64,000 nucleotides of DNA from an uncultured Candidatus Saccharibacteria bacterium (GCA_964460855.1 CAYWQH010000009.1:1351-65350), one strand, 5' to 3'. Positions 1-8,831 are shown, counted from the stretch's first letter. Numbers and translations: made by a program. Notes: generated from the letters alone by a model not told the origin.

Positions 1-1
1 C

Positions 2-472
2 TACAACGATTCGGTTTGCCGGGGGGCGATGAGTGTCGCCGAATTCGACGGCATCTTAGCTTCTGAGCTCAAACTGGATAAAGTGGATTGGGCCAGCTAT
101 TACTTCGCCGCCATTGACCCGATTCCAGAAATGCAGGAAACCCTGCAATGGGCCGCCAGCCATTATAAAGTCGGCTTGCTAAGTAACATCATGCCCGGTT
201 TCGTAGGCGAGATGCTGACCCGCAAACTAATACCCCGGCTCCAATATGACGCGGTGGTCGATTCTTCTTCGGTGGGCGCCGTTAAACCGGAAGCTAAAAT
301 TTATGAGATCGCCCAGGAAAAAGCCGGCGTGCCGGCTAACGAAATTTTATTAATCGACGACGGCCGCACCAACCTGATGGCCGCCGACCAAAATGGCTGG
401 CACGTTTTGTGGTTCGACGGCTACCGCCCGCGCGAGAATGCCGAGCGGGTCCGCGAAACGCTAGCTTTCTGA
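2..472 (+). CDS. HAD-superfamily hydrolase, C-terminal portion (5' end outside window)
   Basis: The frame is open to the window edge. HAD-like 'VGLLSN' and 'LLIDDGRTN' motifs are present, but the N-terminal DxD motif is missing, so the gene is truncated by the window. Confidence 0.6.
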   Translation, partial: YNDSVCRGAMSVAEFDGILASELKLDKVDWASYYFAAIDPIPEMQETLQWAASHYKVGLLSNIMPGFVGEMLTRKLIPRLQYDAVVDSSSVGAVKPEAKIYEIAQEKAGVPANEILLIDDGRTNLMAADQNGWHVLWFDGYRPRENAERVRETLAF

Positions 473-3061
473 TTCTGTTGCCGGCGCCGCGGCCTGGCTG
501 AACTGGGCGATTTCGTTATCGAGGTTATGTAAAATCTGCAACTGCTCTTCCAGTTGCTGCTTGGACTGATGGACCATCTCTTTGGGCGCCTTATGCAGGT
601 AATCTTGGTTATTTAGCCGGTGTTCTAAGCGGCGGATTACCAGCCGGCAGCCCAATTTTTGCTGCTGAAGTTCGGCAATGTAGCTTTCGGCGGTTTGGCG
701 GTCGATATCGAGCCACACGGCGTGCGGCGAGCGGGTTAGGCGTAGCCCCTGCCCCTCTTTAAGCTCGCGGACTTCGCCCAGTTTGCCCAACGCGGCAACC
801 AGGGCTGTATTCTTGCCGATAAAATCAGCGCCGCTGTAATACAGGTTAGGCTTAAAGCTTGGCTTTAGGTTGCGCAGAATATGGCGGCTTTCGGAAATGA
901 TAGTCTTTAGCTCTTCAAATTCCCGGGCCTCACCAATATGTGCTTTGGGCAAGTGCTGCCAGGTCTGGATGGCGAGAATATTTTCCTGGTCGGCAGCCAG
1001 CGTTTGCCAGATGGTTTCAGTAACAAACGGTGCAAATGGATGGGCTAGTTTGAGGGTTTCTTCGGTAACCAGCTTCAGCAACGGTAAATTCAGGTCAATT
1101 TTGCTGGCTTCTATATACCAGTCGGCCAAGTCGTCCCAAACAAAGCGGTACAAACTTTCGTAAGCCTCATTAAGCCGGTAATTATCCAAACTGTGGCTTA
1201 TTTGATCTGTTGTATGTTGTAACTTCGACAATATCCAATGGTCGGCTATGCTATGCGGTTCGGGCTTGGCCTCGCCTATTTTCTGGTCGGCTAACTTTCC
1301 TTCGACGTAGCGGGCGATATTCCAGAGTTTATTGCAGAAATTGCGGCCACCCTCGAACTTGGTCCGGTCGAAGCTGCTGTTTAGCCCGGCGGTCCGGCCG
1401 GCTAAGATACCAAGGCGCAGCGCGTCTGAGCCGAATTGCTCAACTATTTCCATCGGATTGAGCACATTGCCTTTGCTTTTGCTCATTTTTTGGCCGGTTT
1501 CATCTTGGATTAAGCCGTGCAAGTAAACGTTTTTAAACGGCGGCTCCCCTGTTAAGTAAAGCCCCAGGCCAAGCATCCTGGTTACCCACTGGTTTAAGAT
1601 GTCGTAGCCGGTTTCCATTAAGCTTAAGGGGTAAAATTTCCGGAAGTCTTCACTATCCGGGTAGTTGAGCGTGACCAACGGCCAGTGGCCACTGCTAAAC
1701 CAGGTGTCGAAAACGTCGGGGTCGCGGTGGTAGGTTTTACCTTCGCGGTTCAAATACTCTTCGTTTACATCGGCGCTGAATACCCAATCTTCGGGGTCGT
1801 CGATGTTGCGGTAGGCGGGAATTGGAATGCCCCAGGCAATCTGGCGGCTGATATTCCAGTCGCGGATGCCTTCGAGGTAACGGATAGTTTCTTTGAGCTT
1901 GCTTTTGGGATACAGAGCTACTCTGCCCTCTTTGAGGGAGGCAATTGATAGCTTGGCCAGCGGCTGCATTTTAACGAACCACTGCTCGCGCAGCAGCGGC
2001 TCGATAACATTCTTACATTTGTAACAAACCCCAACGGTGTGGGTGTAAGGCTCGATTTTGCGCATCAATCCCTTTTTGTCGATGGCTTTGGCTACGGCTT
2101 CGCGGGCTTCGAGGACGCCCATGCCCCGGAACTGCTCCGGTACATTTTCGCTCATCTTGCCTTCGTGGGTGATTAGCTCCAGTACCGGCAAATTATGGCG
2201 CTGGGCGACTTCGAAATCGTTTATATCATGGCCCGGAGTAACTGTTACTACCCCAGTTCCGAACGCCGGGTCAACATAGTCATCGCCAATAATTTGGATG
2301 GGTACTTCCGGTACCAGCGGCTGGTGGACGATTTTGCCAATCAGGTGCTTATAACGCTCGTCTTTGGGGTTAACCATCAGGGCGGCCTGCCCCAGCTTGG
2401 TTTCCGGCCGGGTGGTGGCGATAACCACTTCCCCGCTGCCATCGGCCAGCGGGTAGGCGATATGCCACAACTTGGTTTTTTCCTCGACGTGTTCGACTTC
2501 GATATCAGAAAAGCTGGTGCCATGGAAAGTACAGAAATTAACTACCCGTTTACCCCTGTAAATGAGGCCTTCGTCCCACATTTTCTGGAAAGTCCCATAG
2601 GCGGCATCAACCACCTTTTGGTCGAGCGTAAAGGTATATCGGGACCAGTCGGCGCTGATGCCTAAGGCCCGCAGCTGCCTTTCGAAGTTTTCCTTGTTTT
2701 GCTGGACGAAATCCCAAACCTGGTCGTAAAGCTCCTGGCGGGTGTAGTCGAAGCGGCTTTTACCCTGCTCTTGCAGCTGGCGCTCATAAACCACCCAGGT
2801 TTCGAAACCGGCGTGGTCGGAGCCCGGTACATAAAGGGTCGGTTTGCCCTGCATGCGGTGGTAGCGTACCAGAGTGTCTTCGATGGCTACTGTTAAGGCA
2901 TGGCCAAGGTGAAGGTCGCCGTTGGCGTTGGGCGGCGGCAAAACAGTACTGAAATAGCCTTCCCCGCCCCTGTTATGCGGCTGGAATACACCGCCCTGCT
3001 CCCACAGTGCGTATATGTTAGCTTCGTAGTGTCCCGGTTCGTAAACGCTAGGTAATTTCAT
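461..3061 (-). CDS. valS: valine--tRNA ligase
   Basis: 866 aa. Class I HIGH-type motif 'PPPNANGDLHLGH', 'KMSKSKGNV' motif, 'TTRPET' editing-domain signature and a C-terminal coiled coil. Confidence 0.95.
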   Translation of the reverse strand: MKLPSVYEPGHYEANIYALWEQGGVFQPHNRGGEGYFSTVLPPPNANGDLHLGHALTVAIEDTLVRYHRMQGKPTLYVPGSDHAGFETWVVYERQLQEQGKSRFDYTRQELYDQVWDFVQQNKENFERQLRALGISADWSRYTFTLDQKVVDAAYGTFQKMWDEGLIYRGKRVVNFCTFHGTSFSDIEVEHVEEKTKLWHIAYPLADGSGEVVIATTRPETKLGQAALMVNPKDERYKHLIGKIVHQPLVPEVPIQIIGDDYVDPAFGTGVVTVTPGHDINDFEVAQRHNLPVLELITHEGKMSENVPEQFRGMGVLEAREAVAKAIDKKGLMRKIEPYTHTVGVCYKCKNVIEPLLREQWFVKMQPLAKLSIASLKEGRVALYPKSKLKETIRYLEGIRDWNISRQIAWGIPIPAYRNIDDPEDWVFSADVNEEYLNREGKTYHRDPDVFDTWFSSGHWPLVTLNYPDSEDFRKFYPLSLMETGYDILNQWVTRMLGLGLYLTGEPPFKNVYLHGLIQDETGQKMSKSKGNVLNPMEIVEQFGSDALRLGILAGRTAGLNSSFDRTKFEGGRNFCNKLWNIARYVEGKLADQKIGEAKPEPHSIADHWILSKLQHTTDQISHSLDNYRLNEAYESLYRFVWDDLADWYIEASKIDLNLPLLKLVTEETLKLAHPFAPFVTETIWQTLAADQENILAIQTWQHLPKAHIGEAREFEELKTIISESRHILRNLKPSFKPNLYYSGADFIGKNTALVAALGKLGEVRELKEGQGLRLTRSPHAVWLDIDRQTAESYIAELQQQKLGCRLVIRRLEHRLNNQDYLHKAPKEMVHQSKQQLEEQLQILHNLDNEIAQFSQAAAPATESES

Positions 3062-3261
3062 GTCTAACCCGTTTTATAAGTGATTTGGCTTAAGTATAAC
3101 AGAAAATTACCCCTGTCTTCACGTGAACAAAGGCCACATAAAACTAGAGATTTGTGGTTAAACCCCGGGTTTCATATGGCCTTACGGCTTTCTACTTTTT
3201 GCGAAACACGTTTTTGTTTTTGGTAAGCTTAAGTGTAATAAGGGTTGGCGGCGGTGTCAAA

Positions 3262-4338
3262 TTACATCTGTAAATTTGGGGCGGGCGAGAGAGTGTAGGG
3301 GTCGGCGGCGGGCTGCTTATGGCTTGCCAGGTAATACCCCAGAGCGGCAACCATGGCGCCGTTATCGGTGCAGAGCTTTATGTCGGTATATAACACCTCT
3401 ATCGGCAAGTTGTTAAGCTCCTGGCGCAGGGCCTGGTTGGCGGCCACGCCGCCGGCGACTACCAGGGAAGCTGGCTGGTACTTATCGATAGCTTTGCGGG
3501 CCGCGCGGAGCAGGGCATCAATGGCGGCGCGCTGGAAACTTGCGGCAATGTTATGCTTTTGGGCTTCGGAGAGCGCCTGTGGCAGCTTTTTGCTGGGGAA
3601 AGCATAATCTTTACCAATTGCTTGCTGGGCGGCCCGTAGCACAGCCGTTTTGAGCCCTGAGAAGCTAAAGTCGTACGGGTTATCCATTTTAGCCAGGGGC
3701 AGGGGAAAAGCGTTGGGGTCGCCCTGGGCGGCAGCCTGGCTGACGCTGGGGCCGCCGGGGTAGGGCAAGCCCAGCATTTTGGCGACTTTATCGAATGCTT
3801 CGCCAACAGCGTCGTCGGCAGTGCGGCCGATTACCTCGTAATCAAAATGGCCCCGGTAAAAAACCAACTGGCTGTGGCCGCCGGAGACAATTAGGGCTAA
3901 AAAGGGAAACTCCGGGACTTTTGCCGGTAGTTTATAACCCGCTAACCCTGTTTTAGTAATGAAATTGGCATAGGGGTGGGCAGCCACGTGGTTGACCGCG
4001 TACAGCGGTTTATCTTTGGCAATCGCTAAAGTGCGGGCGGTTAAAACGCCTATTAACAGGCTGCCGCCCAGGCCGGGGCCATAAGTTACAGCGATGGCGT
4101 CGATTTTAGCCCAGGCTTTTTCGCGCGGCAGGCCGGGGAAGGCGCCGGCCAGGGCCTGGTGGACAACCGGCAGGATAACTTCGATATGGCTGCGGGCGGC
4201 AATTTCTGGCACCACGCCCCCATATTCGGCATGAAGGTCAACGCTGCTGCTAACGGCGTTACTCAGCATTTCGCTGCCATCTTTTACTACGGCCGCAGCA
4301 GTTTCGTCGCAACTAGTTTCAATCCCAAGGATGTTCAT
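3262..4338 (-). CDS. tsaD: tRNA N6-adenosine threonylcarbamoyltransferase
   Basis: N-terminus 'MNILGIETSCDETAAAVV' and 'GGVAAN' are typical of the Kae1/TsaD family; 358 aa. Confidence 0.9.
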   Translation of the reverse strand: MNILGIETSCDETAAAVVKDGSEMLSNAVSSSVDLHAEYGGVVPEIAARSHIEVILPVVHQALAGAFPGLPREKAWAKIDAIAVTYGPGLGGSLLIGVLTARTLAIAKDKPLYAVNHVAAHPYANFITKTGLAGYKLPAKVPEFPFLALIVSGGHSQLVFYRGHFDYEVIGRTADDAVGEAFDKVAKMLGLPYPGGPSVSQAAAQGDPNAFPLPLAKMDNPYDFSFSGLKTAVLRAAQQAIGKDYAFPSKKLPQALSEAQKHNIAASFQRAAIDALLRAARKAIDKYQPASLVVAGGVAANQALRQELNNLPIEVLYTDIKLCTDNGAMVAALGYYLASHKQPAADPYTLSPAPNLQM

Positions 4339-4380
4339 AACTGGTTATTTTAGCAAACTATAAGTGATAAAATTTGAGCA

Positions 4381-5682
4381 ATGAATCCCAGAAAAGTAGT
4401 CAAAAAGGTTATACCAACCAAACTGTTCAAGCAGGTTGAGCCATATGGGCACAAGGGTGAAACCATGCTGTGGCAGGCCAAATACGGTTATCCGGCCAAA
4501 GGGTTGAATGTTATCGGAATTACCGGCACTAACGGTAAGACCTCCACTGCCTTTTTGGCGCACAATATGCTTAATAAAGCCGGCTATAAGGTCGGCCTGA
4601 TGACCACCGTAGCTTACGGGGTGGGCGACAATTTAACGCCCCAAGTGGCCCATATGACCACTGTTTCGCCAAGCACATTGCTGAGCCGCATTAAAGCCAT
4701 GCGGGCCCAGGGAATGGAGTGGCTGGTATTAGAGACCACCAGCCATGCCTTGGCCCAGCACCGGGTGTGGGGCATACCTTATTCCATCGTTGCCATGACA
4801 AATTTAACCCACGAACACCTCGATTATCACGGCTCGTTTGAGAAATACCGCGATGCCAAGCTCCAACTGTTTAAATTGTGCAACGCCAATAAAAACGGCA
4901 GGCAAATCGGCATAGTTAATGCCGACGACCGCTACGGCGAGATGTTTGCCATGGCCATCGCCAACCCGGTTAGCTACGGCCTTAAGCACGGCGATTTACG
5001 GGTCGCAAATCTCAAGTTAACTCCTTCGGGCAGCACGTTTACCGCTAAAACTAACGGCGATGAGTACAATATTGTTTGCCACTTGCCGGGCAGCTTTAAC
5101 GTCAGTAACGCGCTGGCGGCCATAGCTATCGGGCGGGCTGTTGGGCTAAACCGCCAACAGATAGAACAGGGCATTTCAACGCTTAAAGCGGTAGAGGGCC
5201 GGATGAACCGGGTAGACGAGGGGCAGCCGTTTGAAGTTATTATCGACTTTGCCCATACGCCGGACTCCTTCGAAAAGCTATTTAAAGATTTGCGGCCGGT
5301 AGTAAAGGGCAAATTGATCTGCGTGTTTGGCAGCGCCGGGCGCCGCGACCAGGCCAAGCGGCCAATCCAAGGCGGGCTGGCCGGCAAGTACTGTGATGTG
5401 GTTGTAGTTACCGAAGAAGACGACCGAGACATAGACGGCCACAAAATTATGAACGAAATCGCCTCTGGCTCCGAAAAAGCCGGAAAAAAGAAAGACAAAG
5501 ATTTATTCCTGATCCTGGACCGCACCGAAGCTATTAAATTCGCTTTTAGCCAGGCTAAGGCAGGCGATACCGTACTGCTGCTTGGCAAAGGCCACGAAAA
5601 GACTATTGAGCGGGCCGACGGCACCCATGATTGGAACGAAACGGCCACCGCCACAGCCCTACTCAAAAAACTAAAAACATAA
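4381..5682 (+). CDS. murE: Mur ligase family protein (MurE-like UDP-MurNAc-tripeptide synthetase)
   Basis: P-loop 'GITGTNGKTST' with Mur ligase central and C-terminal domain pattern ('DFAHTPDS', 'GSAGRRD'). The N-terminal domain is short. Confidence 0.65.
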   Translation: MNPRKVVKKVIPTKLFKQVEPYGHKGETMLWQAKYGYPAKGLNVIGITGTNGKTSTAFLAHNMLNKAGYKVGLMTTVAYGVGDNLTPQVAHMTTVSPSTLLSRIKAMRAQGMEWLVLETTSHALAQHRVWGIPYSIVAMTNLTHEHLDYHGSFEKYRDAKLQLFKLCNANKNGRQIGIVNADDRYGEMFAMAIANPVSYGLKHGDLRVANLKLTPSGSTFTAKTNGDEYNIVCHLPGSFNVSNALAAIAIGRAVGLNRQQIEQGISTLKAVEGRMNRVDEGQPFEVIIDFAHTPDSFEKLFKDLRPVVKGKLICVFGSAGRRDQAKRPIQGGLAGKYCDVVVVTEEDDRDIDGHKIMNEIASGSEKAGKKKDKDLFLILDRTEAIKFAFSQAKAGDTVLLLGKGHEKTIERADGTHDWNETATATALLKKLKT

Positions 5683-5808
5683 GAGTATTGACAGTTAATA
5701 AAGCTTATGGTTGAATAGGCGGCATTCGAATTGGTTAACCCCTGTTCGAGGTGGTTTTACAAGAAGAGGAAGCCAACTTTCGTGAATGCCAAGAAAGTTT
5801 CTTGATAT

Positions 5809-6603
5809 TTACGACAACTGGAGAGTTAAACACTTAACCCCGCCGCCAGATTTTTGAAACTCGGTTATAGGGGTGGTTATAACATTCATGCCGCGGTTGC
5901 GGTATTCGCCAACCAAATTTTCGGCGCCCTGGGGTATGACTATATTGTGGCCGTCGCTCATGGCATTTAGCCCGTAAGCCATGGCGTCGCCGTAATTCGC
6001 TTCTATAACGTTCGGTACGATTTCCAGTACCGATTGGATACTGGCCGGGGTAAAAGCCGGCGGGTAAAGGGCGACAGTATCGTTAGATACGATGGTTAAA
6101 GCCGTATCTAGGTGGTAAAACCGCGGGTCAGTAAGTTGTAGGCTAACCGCCCGCACGCCTAAAAAGTCGCCCACTTCGCGGTGCGAGGGCTTATCGCTGC
6201 GCCAGGGAAAGCCGCTAAACAGGATGTCGTTAAAAAACAGGGCGTCGCCTTCGCCTTCAAAATCGTACTTTGGTTTATAAAACTCGGTAAAACCGTTACC
6301 GCGGAACCAGGTTTCAAACGCTTCGGTTTCCGGCTGGCGGTCGGGCTGGCGGAAATTGGGCAGCACAACTTTGCTGCCGCGCAATAAACCGCCATTGGCG
6401 GTAAACACCATGTCCGGCAACCCTTGCACTGGATCGACCAGTTTAACTTCCCAGCCTAACTGCTGAGTGTAAATATCGTATAAGCTTTGCCACTGGCGGC
6501 CGGCCTCATCCGGCTGAACCTGGTTGTCGGTATGCATCCAGGGATTGATTTCGTACTCGATATCAAAAAAGTCCGGCCGGCACATCAAAATGTTTTTTGC
6601 CAT
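5809..6603 (-). CDS. amidinotransferase / DDAH / arginine-deiminase superfamily protein
   Basis: 'FYHLDTAL' and the C-terminal catalytic-Cys context 'GGGVKCLTL' are typical of guanidino-group modifying enzymes. Confidence 0.65.
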   Translation of the reverse strand: MAKNILMCRPDFFDIEYEINPWMHTDNQVQPDEAGRQWQSLYDIYTQQLGWEVKLVDPVQGLPDMVFTANGGLLRGSKVVLPNFRQPDRQPETEAFETWFRGNGFTEFYKPKYDFEGEGDALFFNDILFSGFPWRSDKPSHREVGDFLGVRAVSLQLTDPRFYHLDTALTIVSNDTVALYPPAFTPASIQSVLEIVPNVIEANYGDAMAYGLNAMSDGHNIVIPQGAENLVGEYRNRGMNVITTPITEFQKSGGGVKCLTLQLS

Positions 6604-6634
6604 TGGCTTATTTTAACAGCATAAGGGTATTACA

Positions 6635-6663
6635 TTGACAAAAAACTGCAATAAGTGTAAAGT
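6635..6663 (+). promoter_or_regulatory. sigma70-type promoter (TTGACA-17 nt-TAAAGT) with no ORF downstream
   Basis: TTGACA at 6635-6640, a 17-nt spacer, TAAAGT at 6658-6663. Confidence 0.4.
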
Positions 6664-6669
6664 ATATCT

Positions 6670-6813
6670 GTTAACAATCCATTAAATCAGCAATGAAGCT
6701 TATCCCGTAACGGTTGGTCGCTTGGGATAAGTGGAGCCAGTAGCGAACCCACGGCTTAATGAGTCAGTAATTTTTTGATTTTGATAATCCCGGGTTTTCT
6801 GCCCGGGTTTTTT
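6670..6813 (+). ncRNA. candidate small RNA or orphan leader (unclassified)
   Basis: About 145 nt between the promoter at 6635 and the terminator at 6789-6813. It contains the hairpin CTTATCCC...GGGATAAG and has no credible ORF. Confidence 0.25.
6789..6813 (+). terminator. rho-independent terminator
   Basis: CCCGGG-ttttctg-CCCGGG stem-loop followed by TTTTTT. Confidence 0.6.
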
Positions 6814-6829
6814 GTTGTTTTAAGCGGCC

Positions 6830-6850
6830 GATAATATTACTGTTCGAACC
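6830..6850 (+). promoter_or_regulatory. -10 box plus initial transcribed sequence of the promoter-leader module shared with other GC-rich cassettes
   Basis: GATAAT followed by ATTACTGTTCGAACC. The 14-mer ATAATATTACTGTT recurs on the minus strand at 50504-50517. Confidence 0.4.
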
Positions 6851-7018
6851 CGGGATTGGTAGCTTTCCTTACCAGCCCCGGATCCGAACGGTAATCCGGC
6901 TAAAATTGTCGAACCTTAACTTTCGCTGTCTTTTCACTACAGAAAGGAGTGCAGCGACTAGTTTCCTGAACGAGAAAGGTTTGCCCGAAGTACGTCCAAT
7001 CCATTTAAGGAGCAGAAC

Positions 7019-8383
7019 GTGTTCAAAAAGCGAAACCTGGCCATACTTGGCGCCTTGGTTGGCGTCTCGCTGGCCACGGTGCTGGCCATGTCGGCCACTG
7101 CCAGTTCGTCCACCAAGGCCGTCAACACCCCTATGGGGCAGATCATCCCGGCCTCCCAGGCCCTCAAGCTGGTCAAGGCCTCGCGCCTGAACCGCAAGGT
7201 GCCGGTCGGCTTCTGCGCCCGCAACGGCGTGATTCGCTGGCTCTTCGTCGGCGGCGACGCGCAGGACCCCCACATGACGAAGGCGATGTTCATCCGCGAC
7301 TACGGCAACACCGCCGCGATCCCGGCCATGGAACGGGGCTTCGCCTGCATCAGCCATAACGCGGCGGCCATCGCGGCCGTTTCGCGTCAGCTGGTGTGGA
7401 ACATCCACAAGGGCCACGTGTCGTCCTGCAAGGTGCTGTCCGGCACCTACCTGCCCGCGCTCGGCTACCACTACCTCCGCCATCCATCAATCAAGGCGGC
7501 GGTGTGGTCCGGCAAGGGCACGCTGGGCTGCGTGCAGTCGACCGTCAAGGGCGTGCCCTTCGGTCGTACCTGGGAGGCGATGTGCGGCCCGGCCGTTTGC
7601 ACCTACCAGCGCGTCGCCGACGCCACGTTTGCGGCCGTCAACCGCAGGCCCGGCGGCCCCGATGGCAGCGGCTGCGGCAACATGATTCCGAAGATGATTC
7701 GGACTCGCATCGTGCTGGTGCGCAAGCGATTCCCGGTGGCGAACTTCGCTACCAAGGGCTGGAGCTTCGCGGGCCTGCCTTGGCAGATGCCGGCTGGCGC
7801 CGCGCACCTGCTGGTTAAGTTCCGGCCGCTCAACCCCATCAGCCACAAGTTCGGCGCCGTGACGTCCACGGTGGTCGCCACCCACAACGGCGCCATCTCG
7901 CTGGGCAATGCCTGGCCAGGGTCCCAGTACTGGGTCGCCGAGCTCCATCCCAAGCCCGGCACGGTCGTCATCGACCCGACCACCCACGTGTCCTACAACA
8001 TGGACGCCTGGACGGTCGACCCGCGCGTGCTGACCTTCACCGTCGGCGCCCATCCCACCACGGTCCACTTCGGCAACACGGCCGCGCCATGCATGTGCGT
8101 GGAGTGCATGGGCCACGGCAACTTCGCGGCTGGCTACACCTACACCCGGGAGTTCATGATCACCAGCTGGCAGGGCCCGATGGACGCCCACGCCAAGAGC
8201 CTGATCAAGATCTCTTCGACAACGCCGGCTACGGTCCAGTTCGTCTCCTTCACCACGACCCAGCCGAACCAGTTCGGCGACGTCCTGGTCCAGGTGACCT
8301 TCAAGGCCCTCCAGGCCGGCGCCGGCAACTTGCACGTCGCGTTCGGCAGCGTCCACGATGACGCCCCGCTGACCGTCAAGTAG
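7019..8383 (+). CDS. secreted cysteine-containing protein of unknown function (GC-rich cassette)
   Basis: GTG start 6 nt after AAGGAG. N-terminal signal peptide 'MFKKRNLAILGALVGVSLATVLAMSATA'. Third codon positions are almost all G/C, which picks this frame over the overlapping shadow ORFs. Confidence 0.75.
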   Translation: MFKKRNLAILGALVGVSLATVLAMSATASSSTKAVNTPMGQIIPASQALKLVKASRLNRKVPVGFCARNGVIRWLFVGGDAQDPHMTKAMFIRDYGNTAAIPAMERGFACISHNAAAIAAVSRQLVWNIHKGHVSSCKVLSGTYLPALGYHYLRHPSIKAAVWSGKGTLGCVQSTVKGVPFGRTWEAMCGPAVCTYQRVADATFAAVNRRPGGPDGSGCGNMIPKMIRTRIVLVRKRFPVANFATKGWSFAGLPWQMPAGAAHLLVKFRPLNPISHKFGAVTSTVVATHNGAISLGNAWPGSQYWVAELHPKPGTVVIDPTTHVSYNMDAWTVDPRVLTFTVGAHPTTVHFGNTAAPCMCVECMGHGNFAAGYTYTREFMITSWQGPMDAHAKSLIKISSTTPATVQFVSFTTTQPNQFGDVLVQVTFKALQAGAGNLHVAFGSVHDDAPLTVK

Positions 8384-8407
8384 TCCGCTCGTTCGGGGAA
8401 GCACAAC

Positions 8408-8437
8408 GTTCACCCATCCCTACGGGGATGGGTGAAC
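8408..8437 (+). terminator. perfect 13-bp GC-rich hairpin terminator
   Basis: GTTCACCCATCCC-tacg-GGGATGGGTGAAC, 24 nt after the stop codon. Confidence 0.6.
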
Positions 8438-8448
8438 AACCCCACCAA

Positions 8449-8473
8449 CCGCCAAAGTATAGGCGGCTTTTTT
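8449..8473 (+). terminator. second, native-style rho-independent terminator
   Basis: CCGCC-aaagtata-GGCGG followed by CTTTTTT. Confidence 0.55.
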
Positions 8474-8480
8474 ATATCTA

Positions 8481-8508
8481 TTGACAGCCAAATTGGCACT
8501 CGTATATT
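8481..8508 (+). promoter_or_regulatory. groESL promoter
   Basis: TTGACA at 8481-8486 and TATATT at 8503-8508. Confidence 0.6.
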
Positions 8509-8519
8509 ATGAGTGCTAG
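8493..8519 (+). promoter_or_regulatory. CIRCE operator (HrcA binding site)
   Basis: TTGGCACTC-N9-GAGTGCTAG matches the CIRCE consensus TTAGCACTC-N9-GAGTGCTAA and overlaps the groES promoter. Confidence 0.85.
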
Positions 8520-8564
8520 AAATCAGCAAAATAACGCTGGTAAAAAATTATCTTAGGAGGAAGC

Positions 8565-8831
8565 ATGTCGGTGAAATTACAACCGTTAGCGGACTACGTC
8601 GTGGCCGAGCAAGAAGAAGCCGCCACCAAGACAGCCAGTGGGCTGTACTTGCCAGAAAAAGCCGCCGAGAAGCCAAAAGTCGCCAAAGTATTATCAGTAG
8701 GCAAAAACGTCAAAGAAATTAAAGCCGGCGACCGGATAGTTTACAAAAGCTATTCAACTACCGAAGTAAAAGTCGAGAACAAAGAGTACATTTTAGTTAA
8801 AGAAGAAGACGTCCTGGCGACGGTTAAATAA
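8565..8831 (+). CDS. groES: co-chaperonin GroES
   Basis: 'LQPLADYVVAEQEE...ASGLYLPE' mobile-loop pattern; SD AGGAGG upstream; directly precedes groEL. Confidence 0.9.
   Translation: MSVKLQPLADYVVAEQEEAATKTASGLYLPEKAAEKPKVAKVLSVGKNVKEIKAGDRIVYKSYSTTEVKVENKEYILVKEEDVLATVK

Noticed and set aside
870-2896. Several 60-160-aa plus-strand ORFs inside valS. Analogous antisense ORFs lie inside groEL (9505..10542), murE (4974..5666), rpoD (33667..34197), the P-type ATPase (37552..38193), the kinase (48494..49261), the Pro-rich gene (59600..60466, 60491..60886) and the surface-protein genes (61162..62478, 62439..63871).
   Set aside because: They lie antisense to, or out of frame with, strongly supported conserved genes. 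They have no SD and biased low-complexity products.
6842-6861. GTTCGAACCCGGGATTGGTA as a second tRNA 3'-end remnant at the edge of the first GC-rich cassette.
   Set aside because: The same ATTACTGTT..CGAACC string is part of the promoter-leader module shared with the cassette at 50.5 kb. Shared-module homology explains it better than a tRNA relic does.
6869-8413. Long ORFs on both strands inside the first GC-rich cassette (6869..7483 -, 7487..8413 -, 7396..7818 +, 7603..7983 -, 8089..8361 +).
   Set aside because: These are typical stop-poor shadow frames of high-GC DNA. Only the 7019..8383 frame has G/C at nearly every third position, an SD, a signal peptide and a normal amino-acid composition.
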